Positions 1 to 8,773 of a stretch of DNA of 64,000 nucleotides are shown here, piece by piece. The stretch lies in contig CAZTMA010000004.1 of assembly GCA_964614645.1 (NCBI GenBank), forward strand, positions 13,555 through 77,554. The letters are read 5' to 3'. Made by a program: the position numbers and the translations under genes. Below the pieces are notes generated by a model that made no database searches, was not told the DNA's origin, and worked only from the letters and a program-made list of their open reading frames with translations. The stretch comes from an uncultured Anaerolineales bacterium (lineage in GTDB: Bacteria > Chloroflexota > Anaerolineae > CG2-30-64-16). The number at the start of each line of letters is the position of its first letter. Positions within the stretch are counted from its first letter, which is position 1.

Positions 1-13
1 CGAGGGTAAGGTC

Positions 14-532
14 ATGGGCTATCTTGAGGTCGCCTTCATTGCGGTTTGGATCATGTTCGCCATCATCGGCGTGATTCGCGGCTACCCGCGCGAACTGGGC
101 GTCACGGCAATGCTGCTCATCGCCCTGTTCGTCACCGAATTCATCGAGGAGCGCTACCAGCCGCGTGTCAATCAGGTGCTCGCCTACTTCGCCGGTCCTG
201 ATGCAGCCTCCCAACTGACCGCGCGCATCCTGATTTATTGCGGCTTTCTGATCGTGATTGCCTATATCGCCTACGAAGGCGATACGCTCGTGTACCGGGG
301 CAAACGCGGCAAGGTCCCCTTCGACCTGGGCAGCGGCATACTCAACGGTTACTTGTTCGTCGGTAGCCTGTGGTATTATCTGCATTCAGCCAGCTACCCG
401 CTTCTGGCGCGCAGCGCAGAGTTCTCGCCACTGCACCAGACGATTATCCGGTTTCTGCCGCCTTCGGTGTTCACGTGGCAGTACTTGATAGGGTTGGCGA
501 TTCTGTTGATTCTGGCAAGGTTCTGGAAATGA
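14..532 (+). CDS. integral membrane protein (multi-TM, possibly CvpA-like), stop overlaps murC start (ATGA)
   Basis: 172-aa ORF with several hydrophobic helices; GAGGGTAAGG SD upstream; translationally coupled to murC. Confidence 0.45.
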   Translation: MGYLEVAFIAVWIMFAIIGVIRGYPRELGVTAMLLIALFVTEFIEERYQPRVNQVLAYFAGPDAASQLTARILIYCGFLIVIAYIAYEGDTLVYRGKRGKVPFDLGSGILNGYLFVGSLWYYLHSASYPLLARSAEFSPLHQTIIRFLPPSVFTWQYLIGLAILLILARFWK

Positions 533-2037
533 GCGTACCGATGTCCGACGCCAACCGGCCTGACCGCACACCTGCAGGGGACGCCGATATCCCCGCCTGG
601 GTCGCGCGCCTGAACAGCGCGCCCGAGGCCCGGGCTGCCTTTCACATCCACATGGTCGGCATCGGCGGCACCGGCCTGTCGGCCATCGCCGGGTTCTTGC
701 TCCAGCGCGGCTTCACAGTGACCGGCTCGGACCAGCGGCCCAACGAAGCGACCGATGAGCTGGCCGGTCGCGGCGTCACCGTGTACCGCGGCCATCAGGC
801 CGAGCATATTGCCGGCGCCGACCTGGTGCTGGTCTCGTCCGCCGTGCCGGAGAATAACCCCGAGATTATTGCGGCGCGCGCCGCGGGCATCCCGATTGTC
901 AAGCGGTCGGACTTCCTCGGCCCGCTCATCGAAGGGCATCACGGCATCGGCGTAGCAGGCAGCCACGGCAAGACGACGACGACCAGCATGGTTGCGATTG
1001 TGCTGCTGCGCGCGGGCATGGACCCCAGCTTCATCGTCGGCGGACGGATTGCCGTCGGCCCGGCGGAAGGCACGATGATGTCCGCGACCGTCGCCGCCCG
1101 CGCGGGCGAGGGCCCCTTCGTCATCGAAGCGGACGAATATGACGGCATGTTCCTGGGGCTGCGTCTGGAAATCGGCATCGTCACCAACGTGGACTGGGAT
1201 CACGTCGATTGCTACCCCACCCCGGCGAGCTTCGCCGATGCGTTCCGCAGGTACGTCGCCCAGCTCCCTGCGCACGGCCTGCTCATCGTGTGCGCGGATG
1301 ACGCGGGCGCGCTGGCGCTGCGCGACGCGCTGCAGCCGGGCGTGGCGGTCGAGACCTACGGCCTGGCCGACGGCGCCGACTGGCAGGCGCGCGACCTCGC
1401 GCCGAACGAGCGCGGCGGATTCGATGCGGAAGCGTGGCACGCAGGCACGCCGGTGGCCCATCTGAGCCTGTCCGTGCCGGGCCGCCATAACGTGCGTAAC
1501 GCGCTCGCCGCGCTGGCCGCGGCGAACTGGCACCGCATCCCACCGGCCCGCGCGGCCATCATGCTGCGCGACTTCCGGGGCGCGGGGCGGCGCTTCGAGC
1601 TGGTGGGCGAGGCAGATGGCGTGACGGTCATCGACGACTATGCCCATCACCCAACCGAAGTCGCGGCGACCCTGTCGGCCGCGCGGCTGCGCTATGCCAC
1701 GCGGCGCATCTGGGCCGTATTCCAGCCGCACACCTTCAGCCGGACGAAGGCCCTGCTGCGCGACTACGCACACAGCTTCGATGACGCGGACCGGGTGCTG
1801 TTCCTGGATATCTACCCGGCGCGCGAAAAAATCGACCTGGGGATGCACAGCCGGCTCCTGCTCGAGACCGTCAAGCACGAGGGCGCGGCCTACGTCGGAG
1901 GCATCGACGCTGCGGTCGACCGCCTGCTGGCCGAGGTCGAACCGGACGACATCGTCATCACCATGAGCGCGGGGGATGGCAACCTGGCCGGCCAACTGTT
2001 GCTCGACCGGCTGCGCGAGCGGGAGAAACGGGGGTGA
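529..2037 (+). CDS. murC: UDP-N-acetylmuramate--L-alanine ligase
   Basis: Mur ligase motifs GIGGTGLSAIAG (N-terminal Rossmann) and GSHGKTTTTSMV (P-loop); start ATG 529 overlaps upstream stop; conserved dcw position. Confidence 0.9.
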   Translation: MSVPMSDANRPDRTPAGDADIPAWVARLNSAPEARAAFHIHMVGIGGTGLSAIAGFLLQRGFTVTGSDQRPNEATDELAGRGVTVYRGHQAEHIAGADLVLVSSAVPENNPEIIAARAAGIPIVKRSDFLGPLIEGHHGIGVAGSHGKTTTTSMVAIVLLRAGMDPSFIVGGRIAVGPAEGTMMSATVAARAGEGPFVIEADEYDGMFLGLRLEIGIVTNVDWDHVDCYPTPASFADAFRRYVAQLPAHGLLIVCADDAGALALRDALQPGVAVETYGLADGADWQARDLAPNERGGFDAEAWHAGTPVAHLSLSVPGRHNVRNALAALAAANWHRIPPARAAIMLRDFRGAGRRFELVGEADGVTVIDDYAHHPTEVAATLSAARLRYATRRIWAVFQPHTFSRTKALLRDYAHSFDDADRVLFLDIYPAREKIDLGMHSRLLLETVKHEGAAYVGGIDAAVDRLLAEVEPDDIVITMSAGDGNLAGQLLLDRLREREKRG

Positions 2038-3092
2038 GCGCGCTGGCGGCCGCAGCGGAACGCACAGGCGTCGAGTTGCGACGCGCGGAACCGCTCGCCC
2101 GCCACACGACCTTCCGCATCGGCGGCCCGGCAGAGTGGTACGCGGTCGCGACGAGCACTGCACAACTGGCCGCGCTGGCTGACGCGGGGCTGGCGAACGG
2201 CTTGGCCGTGACCGTCCTCGGCGGCGGCAGCAACGTCCTGGTGGCGGATGAGGGCATACGCGGGCTCGTCATCGCCAACCAGGCGCGCGGCCACGGCGTT
2301 CAGCCCGCTGCGGACGTTGTAGATGTTGTGGAGTCCGCATCCTCAGATGCGGACCGCTCGCAAACGGAGCTCGTATCCTCAGATGCGAGCTCCTCGAGAA
2401 CCGCAGGGGACGGCGCGATTGTCCTCGTCGCTGATTCCGGCGTGCTGCTGGCAGGGCTCGCCCGCTGGGCCATCCGCAATGGGCTGAGCGGGCTGGAATG
2501 GGCCGTCAGCGTGCCTGGGACGGTCGGCGGCGCGGTCATCGGGAATGCGGGCGCGCACGGCAGCGACACCGCTGCAAACCTAGCGTGGGCGGAGGTGCAC
2601 TACCCCGGCCAGGGGACGGAACGGCTGACTTGCGAGACGCTGGCGTACACTTACCGCAGCAGCCTGCTCAAGCGGCAACTGGCCGAGAGCGACGCCCTTG
2701 CGCCGGCCCCGGTCGTCTTGTCCGCTGCGTTCAGCCTGACCTCGGGCGACACTGTGGAGATGGCCGCCCGTGCGGATGGCTACCTGGCCCGGCGCCGTGC
2801 CAGCCAGCCGGTCGAGCCGAGCGCCGGCAGCATCTTTCGCAACCCGCCTGGCGATTATGCGGGGCGGCTGGTCGAATCAGTGGGGCTGAAAGGCCATGTC
2901 ATCGGCGGCGCGCAGGTTTCGCCCCGCCATGCGAATTTCATCATCAACACGAGCAGCGCGACCGCGGCGGATGTCGTAGCGCTGATGAACCTGATGCGCC
3001 GCCGGGTCTATGAGGTGACTGGGCACGAACTCGTGCCCGAAATCCTGTTCATCGGCGCATGGGCGAGCCAGCCGCCGCTGGAAACTTTGTAG
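2034..3092 (+). CDS. murB: UDP-N-acetylenolpyruvoylglucosamine reductase, with ~45-aa in-frame insertion encoded by hairpin repeats
   Basis: RHTTFRIGGPAEWY FAD-binding N-terminus, GIPGTVGGAV, C-terminal MurB domain; GTG start overlapping murC stop (GTGA); insertion ...ESASSDADRSQTELVSSDASSS... between conserved blocks. Confidence 0.88.
   Translation: MSALAAAAERTGVELRRAEPLARHTTFRIGGPAEWYAVATSTAQLAALADAGLANGLAVTVLGGGSNVLVADEGIRGLVIANQARGHGVQPAADVVDVVESASSDADRSQTELVSSDASSSRTAGDGAIVLVADSGVLLAGLARWAIRNGLSGLEWAVSVPGTVGGAVIGNAGAHGSDTAANLAWAEVHYPGQGTERLTCETLAYTYRSSLLKRQLAESDALAPAPVVLSAAFSLTSGDTVEMAARADGYLARRRASQPVEPSAGSIFRNPPGDYAGRLVESVGLKGHVIGGAQVSPRHANFIINTSSATAADVVALMNLMRRRVYEVTGHELVPEILFIGAWASQPPLETL
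2330..2393 (+). repeat. two tandem GGAGY-stem-ATCCTCAGAT-stem' hairpin units (REP-like) embedded in-frame in murB
   Basis: ggagtccgcATCCTCAGATgcggac and ggagctcgtATCCTCAGATgcgagctcc; same unit family as at 17457-17564 and 53171-53246. Confidence 0.7.
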
Positions 3093-3251
3093 GGAAACGA
3101 GTACGACGGCTCACGCAAAGCCGCCAAGAGCGCATAGAAGATTAGATAACCTTTGCGCCTCTGCGTGAGACAAAAAAATCGCACAACCGGCGCCTTTATG
3201 CGCTTCGTAATATGCAGGGCTTAAAAATGGTAATCCCTGGAAAAGATTGCT

Positions 3252-4376
3252 ATGAAATCTAAGATCCGCGTGGGGCTGATTTTCGGGGGACGATCCGGCG
3301 AGCATGAGGTGTCCCTCGCTTCGGCGCGCTCGGTCATGGCCGTGCTTGACCCGGGGAAATACGAGGTGGTGCAGATCGGCATCACGCACGAAGGTCACTG
3401 GCTCACACAGGGCAACCCGCTGGCGCAACTGACCGCCGCCCGGGCCGCGCTGCTGGCGGAGGGCACACCTGACACCCCGGTGCCGCCTGAGCCGTCCGCG
3501 AGCGCCGGCCGAGAGCTGGTGCCCGGCGCGACGGGCGCCGCGTTCCCGCCCCTCGACGTCATCTTCCCGGTCCTGCATGGGCCTTTCGGCGAAGATGGGA
3601 CGGTGCAGGGCCTGTTGGAACTGGCAGGGGTCGCCTATGTCGGCTGCGGCGTGCTCGCCAGCAGCGTCGGCATGGACAAGATTGTGAGCAAGCAACTCTT
3701 TCAGGCACACGGCATCCCGGTCGTGCCCTACTGCACGGTCAAGCGCCGGGACTGGGAGACGCGGCCCGACGCCATAATTGCGGACATTGAGGCGCAGCTG
3801 CCCTACCCGGTGTTCGTCAAGCCGGCCAACCTGGGGTCGAGCATCGGCATCAGCAAGGCGGCAGACCGGGAAGGACTGCGGCGCAGCCTGGCCGAGGCTG
3901 CGCACTATGACCGCAAGCTGCTCATCGAGACGGCGGTGGCCAATCCGCGCGAGATCGAGTGCAGCGTTCTGGGCAACGATGACCCGCTGGCGTCCGTGCC
4001 CGGCGAGATTGTGCCGAGCAAGGAATTCTACGACTACGAGGCCAAGTACCTCGATGGCCGGTCGGACCTGTTGATTCCCGCGCCGCTGACGGCTGAGACT
4101 GCGGCGCAAGTGCGCGCGCTGGCCGTGCGGGCCTTCCTGGCGCTGGATGCCGCGGGCATGGCCCGCGTGGACTTCCTGCTGGAACGGGACACCGGCAGGC
4201 TGTACCTGAACGAAGTGAACACGATTCCCGGCTTCACGAGCATCAGCATGTATCCGAAGCTCTGGGAGGCCAGCGGGCTTCCGTATGCGGAACTGGTGGA
4301 CCGGCTGATTGAGCTGGCCCTGGAGCGCCACGCCGACAAGGCGCGCTCGCTCACCCGGTTCGAAGACGCGATGTAG
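3252..4376 (+). CDS. ddl: D-alanine--D-alanine ligase
   Basis: MKSKIRVGLIFGGRSGEHEVSLASARSV N-terminus, ATP-grasp C-terminal motifs (EVNTIPG). Confidence 0.9.
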   Translation: MKSKIRVGLIFGGRSGEHEVSLASARSVMAVLDPGKYEVVQIGITHEGHWLTQGNPLAQLTAARAALLAEGTPDTPVPPEPSASAGRELVPGATGAAFPPLDVIFPVLHGPFGEDGTVQGLLELAGVAYVGCGVLASSVGMDKIVSKQLFQAHGIPVVPYCTVKRRDWETRPDAIIADIEAQLPYPVFVKPANLGSSIGISKAADREGLRRSLAEAAHYDRKLLIETAVANPREIECSVLGNDDPLASVPGEIVPSKEFYDYEAKYLDGRSDLLIPAPLTAETAAQVRALAVRAFLALDAAGMARVDFLLERDTGRLYLNEVNTIPGFTSISMYPKLWEASGLPYAELVDRLIELALERHADKARSLTRFEDAM

Positions 4377-4398
4377 ACGGTCAAAAGTGGCGGCCAAG

Positions 4399-5343
4399 AT
4401 GGCAAAGAAGAAGAGCAAGGCATCCTCCGGCGCATCCAGCACCCAGACGGCCCGACCAGCACAACCGAGCTGGCGGAAGCCGCCTGCGCGCTCGCGTCGC
4501 CAGATGCACAGCCAGAAGGCCAATAGCCGCCGGCTCTCCGCCCAAGTAACGCCGCCTGAGGAGGCGCGACGGACCGTGCGCTCCGGCATTCGCATGGCCG
4601 CCCGGCTGCACGACGGCAGCGAGGCAGCGGCCCCGCGGGACTGGCGCACGCCTTTGCGCACTATCCTGCGCCAGGGCTTCGTGCTCGTCCTGCTCGGGGC
4701 GGTGATATACGGCCTGGTTGAGTTTTTCCAACTGCCGGCGCTGGCTGTGACGTCAGGCGCCGCACAGATCGGCGGTGCACACCGCCTGACCCCGCGGGCC
4801 ATTTACGATGCCAGCGGCGTCGAAGGACGCAATATCTTCCTGGTGCGGCAGGCCGAAGTTGAAGCGAATCTCCGGGAGATGCCCGGCATCGCCAGCGCGG
4901 ACGTCCATCTGCGGCTGCCCAACCAGATACTGATTGACGTGAAGGAGCTGCGGCCGCTCGTGGCCTGGCAGGCCGGCGAGGAAACGGTCTGGCTCGCTGC
5001 AGACGGAGGCGTTGTGCCCCAGGCCGGCGCCGCGCCGCCGCTGACTCTCGTGGATACGACCAACACCGCGCTCGCGGGGAGCGACGGATGGCGGCAGAAG
5101 GTGCTGGCGCACCTGGCCGAGCTGCAGGCCGGCCACCCCGAGTTGATGACGTTCGGCTATGGCGATCCGCAGGGGCTCTACTACCAGTCTGCGGAAGGGT
5201 GGGAGGTCTGGCTGGGCGACACCGGGCCGATGAGCCACAAGGTAAAGGTGGCCGCAGGAGCCAGCGCGCAAGTCAGCCAGTCCGGCACCCAAGCCAAGGT
5301 GATAGACCTGCGCTTCAGCGACGAACGCGCCTTGTGGTGGTGA
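4399..5343 (+). CDS. ftsQ: cell division protein FtsQ/DivIB (POTRA domain), basic cytoplasmic N-terminus + single TM
   Basis: Position between ddl and ftsA; TM helix ILRQGFVLVLLGAVIYGLV; POTRA-like NIFLVRQAEVEANLREMPGIASADVHLRLPNQILIDVKE; start chosen at MAKKKSK (alternatives 4309/4387). Confidence 0.65.
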   Translation: MAKKKSKASSGASSTQTARPAQPSWRKPPARSRRQMHSQKANSRRLSAQVTPPEEARRTVRSGIRMAARLHDGSEAAAPRDWRTPLRTILRQGFVLVLLGAVIYGLVEFFQLPALAVTSGAAQIGGAHRLTPRAIYDASGVEGRNIFLVRQAEVEANLREMPGIASADVHLRLPNQILIDVKELRPLVAWQAGEETVWLAADGGVVPQAGAAPPLTLVDTTNTALAGSDGWRQKVLAHLAELQAGHPELMTFGYGDPQGLYYQSAEGWEVWLGDTGPMSHKVKVAAGASAQVSQSGTQAKVIDLRFSDERALWW

Positions 5344-5362
5344 CAGATGCAGTGGGGGAATT

Positions 5363-6591
5363 GTGAGTGAGTTGATTTGCGCCCTCGACGTGGGGACGAC
5401 GAAAGTGTGTGCCCTCATCGGCAAGCTCGATGACAACAATGCGTTGCGGGTCATCGGTGTGGGCCGGGTGCCGGCGCGCGGCCTGCGCCGGGGGGTCGTC
5501 GTCAACACCGTCGAGGCAACCGCCTGCATCGGCCAGGCGATTGACGCAGCCGAAGCCGCAGCCGGCGTGCCGCTCGAAGCGGCCTATGTCGGCATTTCCG
5601 GCGCACATATCGGCGCAATTGGCAGCAAGGGGGTCACAATCCTGGGCCGCAACGGGCGCAAGATTACGCCGGAGGATTGCCAGCGTGCACTGGACCAGGC
5701 CCGCGATATTGCGCTGCCGCACAATCGCGATATCATCAACGCAGTTGCGCGAAGCTACACAGTCGATGATAATCAGGATGTACAAAATCCGATCGGCATG
5801 TTCGCCTACCGGCTGGAAGTGGATGCCAGCCTCATCACTGGCGCGACATCCGCCATCACGAACCTGACGAATTGCGTTACCGAGAACGGCGTCGAGATCG
5901 AGGACCTCGTGCTGCAGCCGCTGGCGTCTGCAGAGGCCGTACTGACTAACGATGAACGCCAGGCCGGCGTGGCCGTGGTGGACATCGGTGGCGGCACCAC
6001 CGACATGGCAATCTTCCTCGAATCGGCAGCCTGGCACACACACGTGCTGGACGTGGGCGGCGACCACTTTGTGCGCGACGTGGCAGCCGGCCTGCGAATG
6101 CCTTATGACAAAGCGGAATCGCTCATCCGGCAGTTCGGTCACGCACTGCCCCACCTCGTTCCACCTGATGCTGAGGGCCCGCCTTCGGTGAAGGCGGTTC
6201 TCAGGTCATCCAGCGGCGTGCGCTGGCTGACATCATCTACTTCCGGGCGGAAGAAGTTCTGGACCTCATCGTAGATGAGATCAAACGCAGCGGCTATGAC
6301 GGGCTATTGCCCGCCGGCGTGGTCCTGACAGGCGGGGTGGCCCAGCTCGACGGCATCGGCGAGATGGCCCACGACCGGCTGACCTGGCCCGTGCGCATCG
6401 GCCGGCCCAACGGAATTGGTGGGGCCGTCGTTGACTTGAGCAGCCCGGAATATGCTACGGCAGTCGGACTGCTCCTCTGGGGGTTGCGCCGCGACAGCCA
6501 GCCGCGCGTGGCAACTCCGCCGGGCGGCGCGCCGCCCTGGCAACGCATTCTCGATTACTTGAAGCGCATTTTGCCGATTCCGACATCTTAA
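5363..6591 (+). CDS. ftsA: cell division protein FtsA, reading frame broken by single-nt frameshift in G3C3 run at ~6175-6181 (ORFs 5363-6274 and 6307-6591 are one gene)
   Basis: Actin-like ATPase motifs (DVGTTKV, VVDIGGGTTD); C-terminal half (LADIIYFRAEEVLDLIVDEIKRSGYDGLLPAGVVLTGG...) continues in +1 frame from 6181 while frame of 5363 hits a stop at 6272; frame 1 has TGA at 6172. Confidence 0.85.
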
Positions 6592-6646
6592 CTATGTACA
6601 GAAGGTTTCCGACAGGAACCACCCTATAGCGTAAAAGGAGCGTCAG

Positions 6647-7738
6647 ATGAACCCGAAAGGACAACAACCGGCCTTTGTTGAGAATCCGGCCCAAATCAAG
6701 GTGCTTGGCGTGGGCGGCGGTGGTTCCAACGCGGTTAACCGCATGATCGAACAGGGGATCCGTGGCGTGGAGTTCATCGCAATCAACACGGATGCCCAGG
6801 CCCTGATGCTGGCGAATGCGCCGCAGCGTCTCCGCATCGGCGACAAGCTCACCAAGGGGTTGGGCGCGGGCGGCAATCCCGAGATCGGGGACAAGGCCGC
6901 GCAAGAGTCCGCCGAGGAGATCAAGGCCCTGATGAAGGGCACCGACATGGTGTTCGTGACGTGCGGCATGGGCGGCGGCACAGGCACAGGCGCCGCGCCG
7001 GTCATCGCCAAACTCGCAAAGGATTCGGGCGCGCTGACGATCGGGGTTGTCACGAAGCCGTTCACCTTCGAAGGCGCACGCCGCCGCCGGCTGGCAGATG
7101 ATGGCATCAAGCGGCTCAAGGACAGCGTGGATACGCTCATCGTGATCCCGAATGACCGGCTGCTGCAGGTGGTGGACAAGAAGGCCAGCATCCAGCAGGC
7201 GTTCCTGGTGGCCGACGATGTGCTGCGCCAAGGCATCCAGGGCATCTCGGAACTCATCACGATCCCCGGCCTCATCAACCTGGACTTCGCGGACGTGCGG
7301 ACGGTGATGAACGAAGGCGGCTCCGCCCTGATGGCCATCGGCCAATCCAGCGGCGACAACCGCGCCCAGCAGGCCGCGGAACAGGCCATCCACAGCGCGC
7401 TGCTGGACGTGAGCATCGAGGGCGCCGGCGGCATCCTGTTCAATGTCACGGGTGGACCGGACTTGAGCCTGTACGAGGTCAACGAGGCTGCGGAGATCAT
7501 CCGCCGCACAGCCGATCCGGATGCGAACATCATCTTCGGTGCCGTCATCGACCCGAACGTCAAGGACAGCATCCGCATCACCGTCATCGCGACCGGTTTC
7601 GACATGGCTCACGAGCAGCAAGCGCCCGTGGTTGATGAGAGCCACGGCGCGACGACGACGCTGCCGTTCCCGAAGCGGGAATACCAGCGCGACGACCTGG
7701 ATATCCCGGCCTTCCTGCGGCGGTCGCGCCAAAGTTAA
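6647..7738 (+). CDS. ftsZ: cell division GTPase FtsZ
   Basis: [11 protein letters not shown], tubulin signature [16 protein letters not shown]7 loop [11 protein letters not shown]; AAAGGAG SD. Confidence 0.95.
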   Translation: MNPKGQQPAFVENPAQIKVLGVGGGGSNAVNRMIEQGIRGVEFIAINTDAQALMLANAPQRLRIGDKLTKGLGAGGNPEIGDKAAQESAEEIKALMKGTDMVFVTCGMGGGTGTGAAPVIAKLAKDSGALTIGVVTKPFTFEGARRRRLADDGIKRLKDSVDTLIVIPNDRLLQVVDKKASIQQAFLVADDVLRQGIQGISELITIPGLINLDFADVRTVMNEGGSALMAIGQSSGDNRAQQAAEQAIHSALLDVSIEGAGGILFNVTGGPDLSLYEVNEAAEIIRRTADPDANIIFGAVIDPNVKDSIRITVIATGFDMAHEQQAPVVDESHGATTTLPFPKREYQRDDLDIPAFLRRSRQS

Positions 7739-7763
7739 AACCGCACTATAGGGTGACCCTTAC

Positions 7764-7797
7764 CCCCTCTCCCGGCCTGCGGGAGAGGGGCTTTTTT
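7764..7797 (+). terminator. rho-independent terminator after ftsZ
   Basis: cccctctcccg-gcctg-cgggagagggg followed by CTTTTTTC. Confidence 0.7.
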
Positions 7798-7923
7798 CAA
7801 CCTCGCGCCCATAGCCACTTTCACCTCCCAAACCTTGGCCCGATAACTCAACCTTAAAATTATGCCGAAAAGGGCCAATCCCCTTATACTCCCGGTCTCA
7901 TGTGTGTTATACTCTGCTGGTCA

Positions 7924-7939
7924 ATACAATATCTTGTAT
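7924..7939. promoter_or_regulatory. candidate NrdR box (ATACAATATCTTGTAT) upstream of nrdR-nrdJ
   Basis: 16-bp palindrome matching NrdR-box consensus acaCwAtATaTwGtgt at ~13/16 positions, in AT-rich spacer 200 bp upstream of nrdR. Confidence 0.35.
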
Positions 7940-8145
7940 TAAACTGAACTTGACATACTACTGGTTGTGGCGCGGCTCACGAGCTTCATTTACAGATCAG
8001 GCAATGACTGGATCAGGGCCGCTGACTGCTCTAGCCCACTGGGTGTGCAGGAGAGGCATCTGATCGACCCCGGATCGTCCTCTACCCTCCCCGTCTGTGG
8101 CTGCGCGCGCCAGTGCAACTCGATGCACAGTGGAAAGGTGATACG

Positions 8146-8595
8146 ATGCAGTGCCCATACTGTGGTCAGGCGGACTCGCGCGTGGTCGATACCCGCGCGA
8201 CCGGTGAAAGTATTCGGCGCCGGCGTGAATGCCAGACCTGCCGCAAACGCTTCACCACCTACGAGCAAATCTCGGAGGCGCTACTGATCGTGAAGCGTGA
8301 TGGCCGGCGCGAGCCTTTCGACCGGCACAAGCTGCTCCAGGGGGTGCGCATCGCCTGCGCCAAACGCCCCATCGCTATGACCGAGATTGAGCGCATCGTT
8401 AGCCAGATCGAGGAGCACCTGTTCAGTCTGGGCCGGGCCGAAGTGAGCAGTGATGCGATCGGACAACTGGTGCTGGAGAAGCTGAAGGAACTGGATTCAC
8501 TGGCCTACATCCGCTTTGCCATCGTCTACATGGCGATGGAAGACGTGGAAACCCTGCAGCGTGAAATCCAGCGGCTGCTGACCGAGCCCAAGTAG
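8146..8595 (+). CDS. nrdR: transcriptional repressor NrdR (Zn-ribbon + ATP-cone)
   Basis: MQCPYCGQADSRVVDTRATGESIRRRRECQTCRKRFTTYE; start at internal ATG 8146. Confidence 0.9.
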   Translation: MQCPYCGQADSRVVDTRATGESIRRRRECQTCRKRFTTYEQISEALLIVKRDGRREPFDRHKLLQGVRIACAKRPIAMTEIERIVSQIEEHLFSLGRAEVSSDAIGQLVLEKLKELDSLAYIRFAIVYMAMEDVETLQREIQRLLTEPK

Positions 8596-8773
8596 AGATC
8601 GCGCCGACGACAATTCTGGCCCAGTCGACCGGGACAAGCTATCCGTCAGAGCCGAAGCAAGCCCTTCCAGACCACAGGTGATTCGCCGCCGTCTGTACCG
8701 GTGACCTTATTGAGTGTTAGCTTTACGCCGCTTTTTGTGGCGTTGACGATAGAATGGATGAGAGGAGTCAGGG

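Noticed and set aside
394-2163. 589-aa antisense ORF opposite murC. Similar long antisense ORFs lie opposite ddl (3111-4802), feoB (34746-36935), the cytochrome gene (37081-39327), axe (16451-17308), actC (22114-22872), and elsewhere
   Set aside because: Arg/Ala/Gly-rich translations with no motifs, each fully overlapping a well-supported gene on the other strand. These are GC-driven shadow ORFs.
5363-6591. Treating 5363-6274 and 6307-6591 as two separate genes
   Set aside because: The FtsA domain order continues across a single-nt frame change at ~6176-6181, so they are one gene (ftsA) with a frameshift.
7950-7955. TTGACA hexamer as nrdR promoter -35
   Set aside because: No acceptable -10 element at 16-19 bp spacing (downstream is GC-rich CGGCTC).
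8596-8773. Cobalamin riboswitch upstream of nrdJ
   Set aside because: nrdJ is itself B12-dependent, so B12 repression is not expected. No B12-box-like conserved core is seen in the 178-nt spacer.
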